A stretch of 64,000 nucleotides of DNA from an uncultured Flavobacteriales bacterium (GTDB lineage Bacteria; Bacteroidota; Bacteroidia; Flavobacteriales_D; Sanyastnellaceae): assembly GCA_965658045.1 (NCBI GenBank), contig CBFHQO010000024.1, forward strand, positions 15,134-79,133, in the 5' to 3' direction. How positions within the stretch are numbered: position 1 is the stretch's first letter; each line of letters starts with the position of its first letter. This document shows positions 63,510-64,000 of this stretch, in pieces. The position numbers and the translations under genes were made by a program. Below the pieces are notes generated by a model, which saw only the letters and a list, made by a program, of their open reading frames with translations, had not been told where the DNA came from and did no database searches.

Positions 63510-64000
63510 ATGCCTACAGCCATCACATGCGTCTCCGGATACTTGCCCGAAGACAAGCTCACCAACTTCGACCTGGAAAAAATGGTCGACACCACCGACG
63601 AATGGATCCGAACCCGCACGGGCATCCAAGAACGTCGCATCCTCAAGGACCCCAACAAGGCCACGTCCGACATGGGTGCAGAGGCGGTGAAGTCCTTGTG
63701 CGCCAAGTCTGGATTGGCCCCTGAAGACATCGACATTGTCATCTGCGCCACGGTGACGCCAGACATGCTCTTTCCCTCCACCGCCAACCTCATTGCCCAC
63801 AAGGCAGGGGCGACCAAGGCGTGGGGATTTGACCTGTCGGCGGCATGCAGCGGATTTTTGTTCGCGTTGACCACCGGCGCCCAATTCGTGGAAAACGGCA
63901 CCGCCAAAAATGTGGTGGTCGTGGGGGCCGACAAAATGAGCTCCATCATCGATTACACCGACCGCACCACGTGCGTCCTGTTTGGGGACGGTGCGGCAGC
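63510..64000 (+). CDS. fabH: beta-ketoacyl-ACP synthase III (3' end beyond window)
   Basis: ATG 63510. MPTAITCVSGYLPEDKLTNFDLEKMVDTTDEWIRTRTGIQERR...FDLSAACSGFLFAL (active-site Cys). The frame is open to the window end, so it is absent from the ORF track. Confidence 0.93.
   Translation, partial: MPTAITCVSGYLPEDKLTNFDLEKMVDTTDEWIRTRTGIQERRILKDPNKATSDMGAEAVKSLCAKSGLAPEDIDIVICATVTPDMLFPSTANLIAHKAGATKAWGFDLSAACSGFLFALTTGAQFVENGTAKNVVVVGADKMSSIIDYTDRTTCVLFGDGAA

Noticed and set aside
1-64000. CRISPR arrays, transposases/IS elements, prophage genes, restriction-modification, toxin-antitoxin or other defence modules
   Set aside because: No spaced direct repeats, no DDE, serine or tyrosine recombinase signatures, and no defence-associated domains were seen in any credible ORF. 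The window is housekeeping and envelope core genome.

Overview
This is a GC-rich (roughly 60% by eye, not computed) chromosomal core segment of a Bacteroidota genome. Gene content and local synteny look Flavobacteriia-like: mutY-ssb-gldE-gldD, porX-tsaE, coaX-OMP-TPR-lptC-CNNM-ppiD, kpsF-tatC-DUF5686-lptB, yceD-rpmF-fabH, and a T9SS type-B CTD cargo. I can support about 56 protein genes, two tRNAs (Leu-UAG, Pro-GGG), a few intrinsic terminators and some Bacteroidota-type -33/-7 promoters. Genes are packed almost end to end, with many 1-4 nt overlaps and gaps of at most ~170 nt. I see no transposase, integrase, phage, CRISPR, restriction or recognisable defence genes, so I cannot point to a clear novel multi-gene system. 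The one real anomaly is a ~2.3 kb stretch (about 2420-4715, between efp and tRNA-Leu). It has strong C-over-G strand skew, ORFs in all six frames, and Trp/Gly/Arg-rich or Pro-rich translations that I cannot assign to any family. Its codon periodicity hops between frames, and a single in-frame TGA joins two of its ORFs. I read it as a decayed or foreign gene relic, or a non-coding element, and it is the best target for follow-up. Secondary points: an unlisted 29-codon Lys/Arg-rich ORF and a perfect 12-bp hairpin in front of rng; a TPR protein with a degenerate kinase ATPase domain; a 1084-aa PD40/beta-barrel-like protein; a half-size TSUP permease coupled to an M20 amidohydrolase; and signal peptides that fit the Bacteroidota Q-rule near a glutaminyl-cyclase-like gene. 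Many very long ORFs in the supplied track (up to 1291 codons) are antisense shadows of real genes and were rejected.
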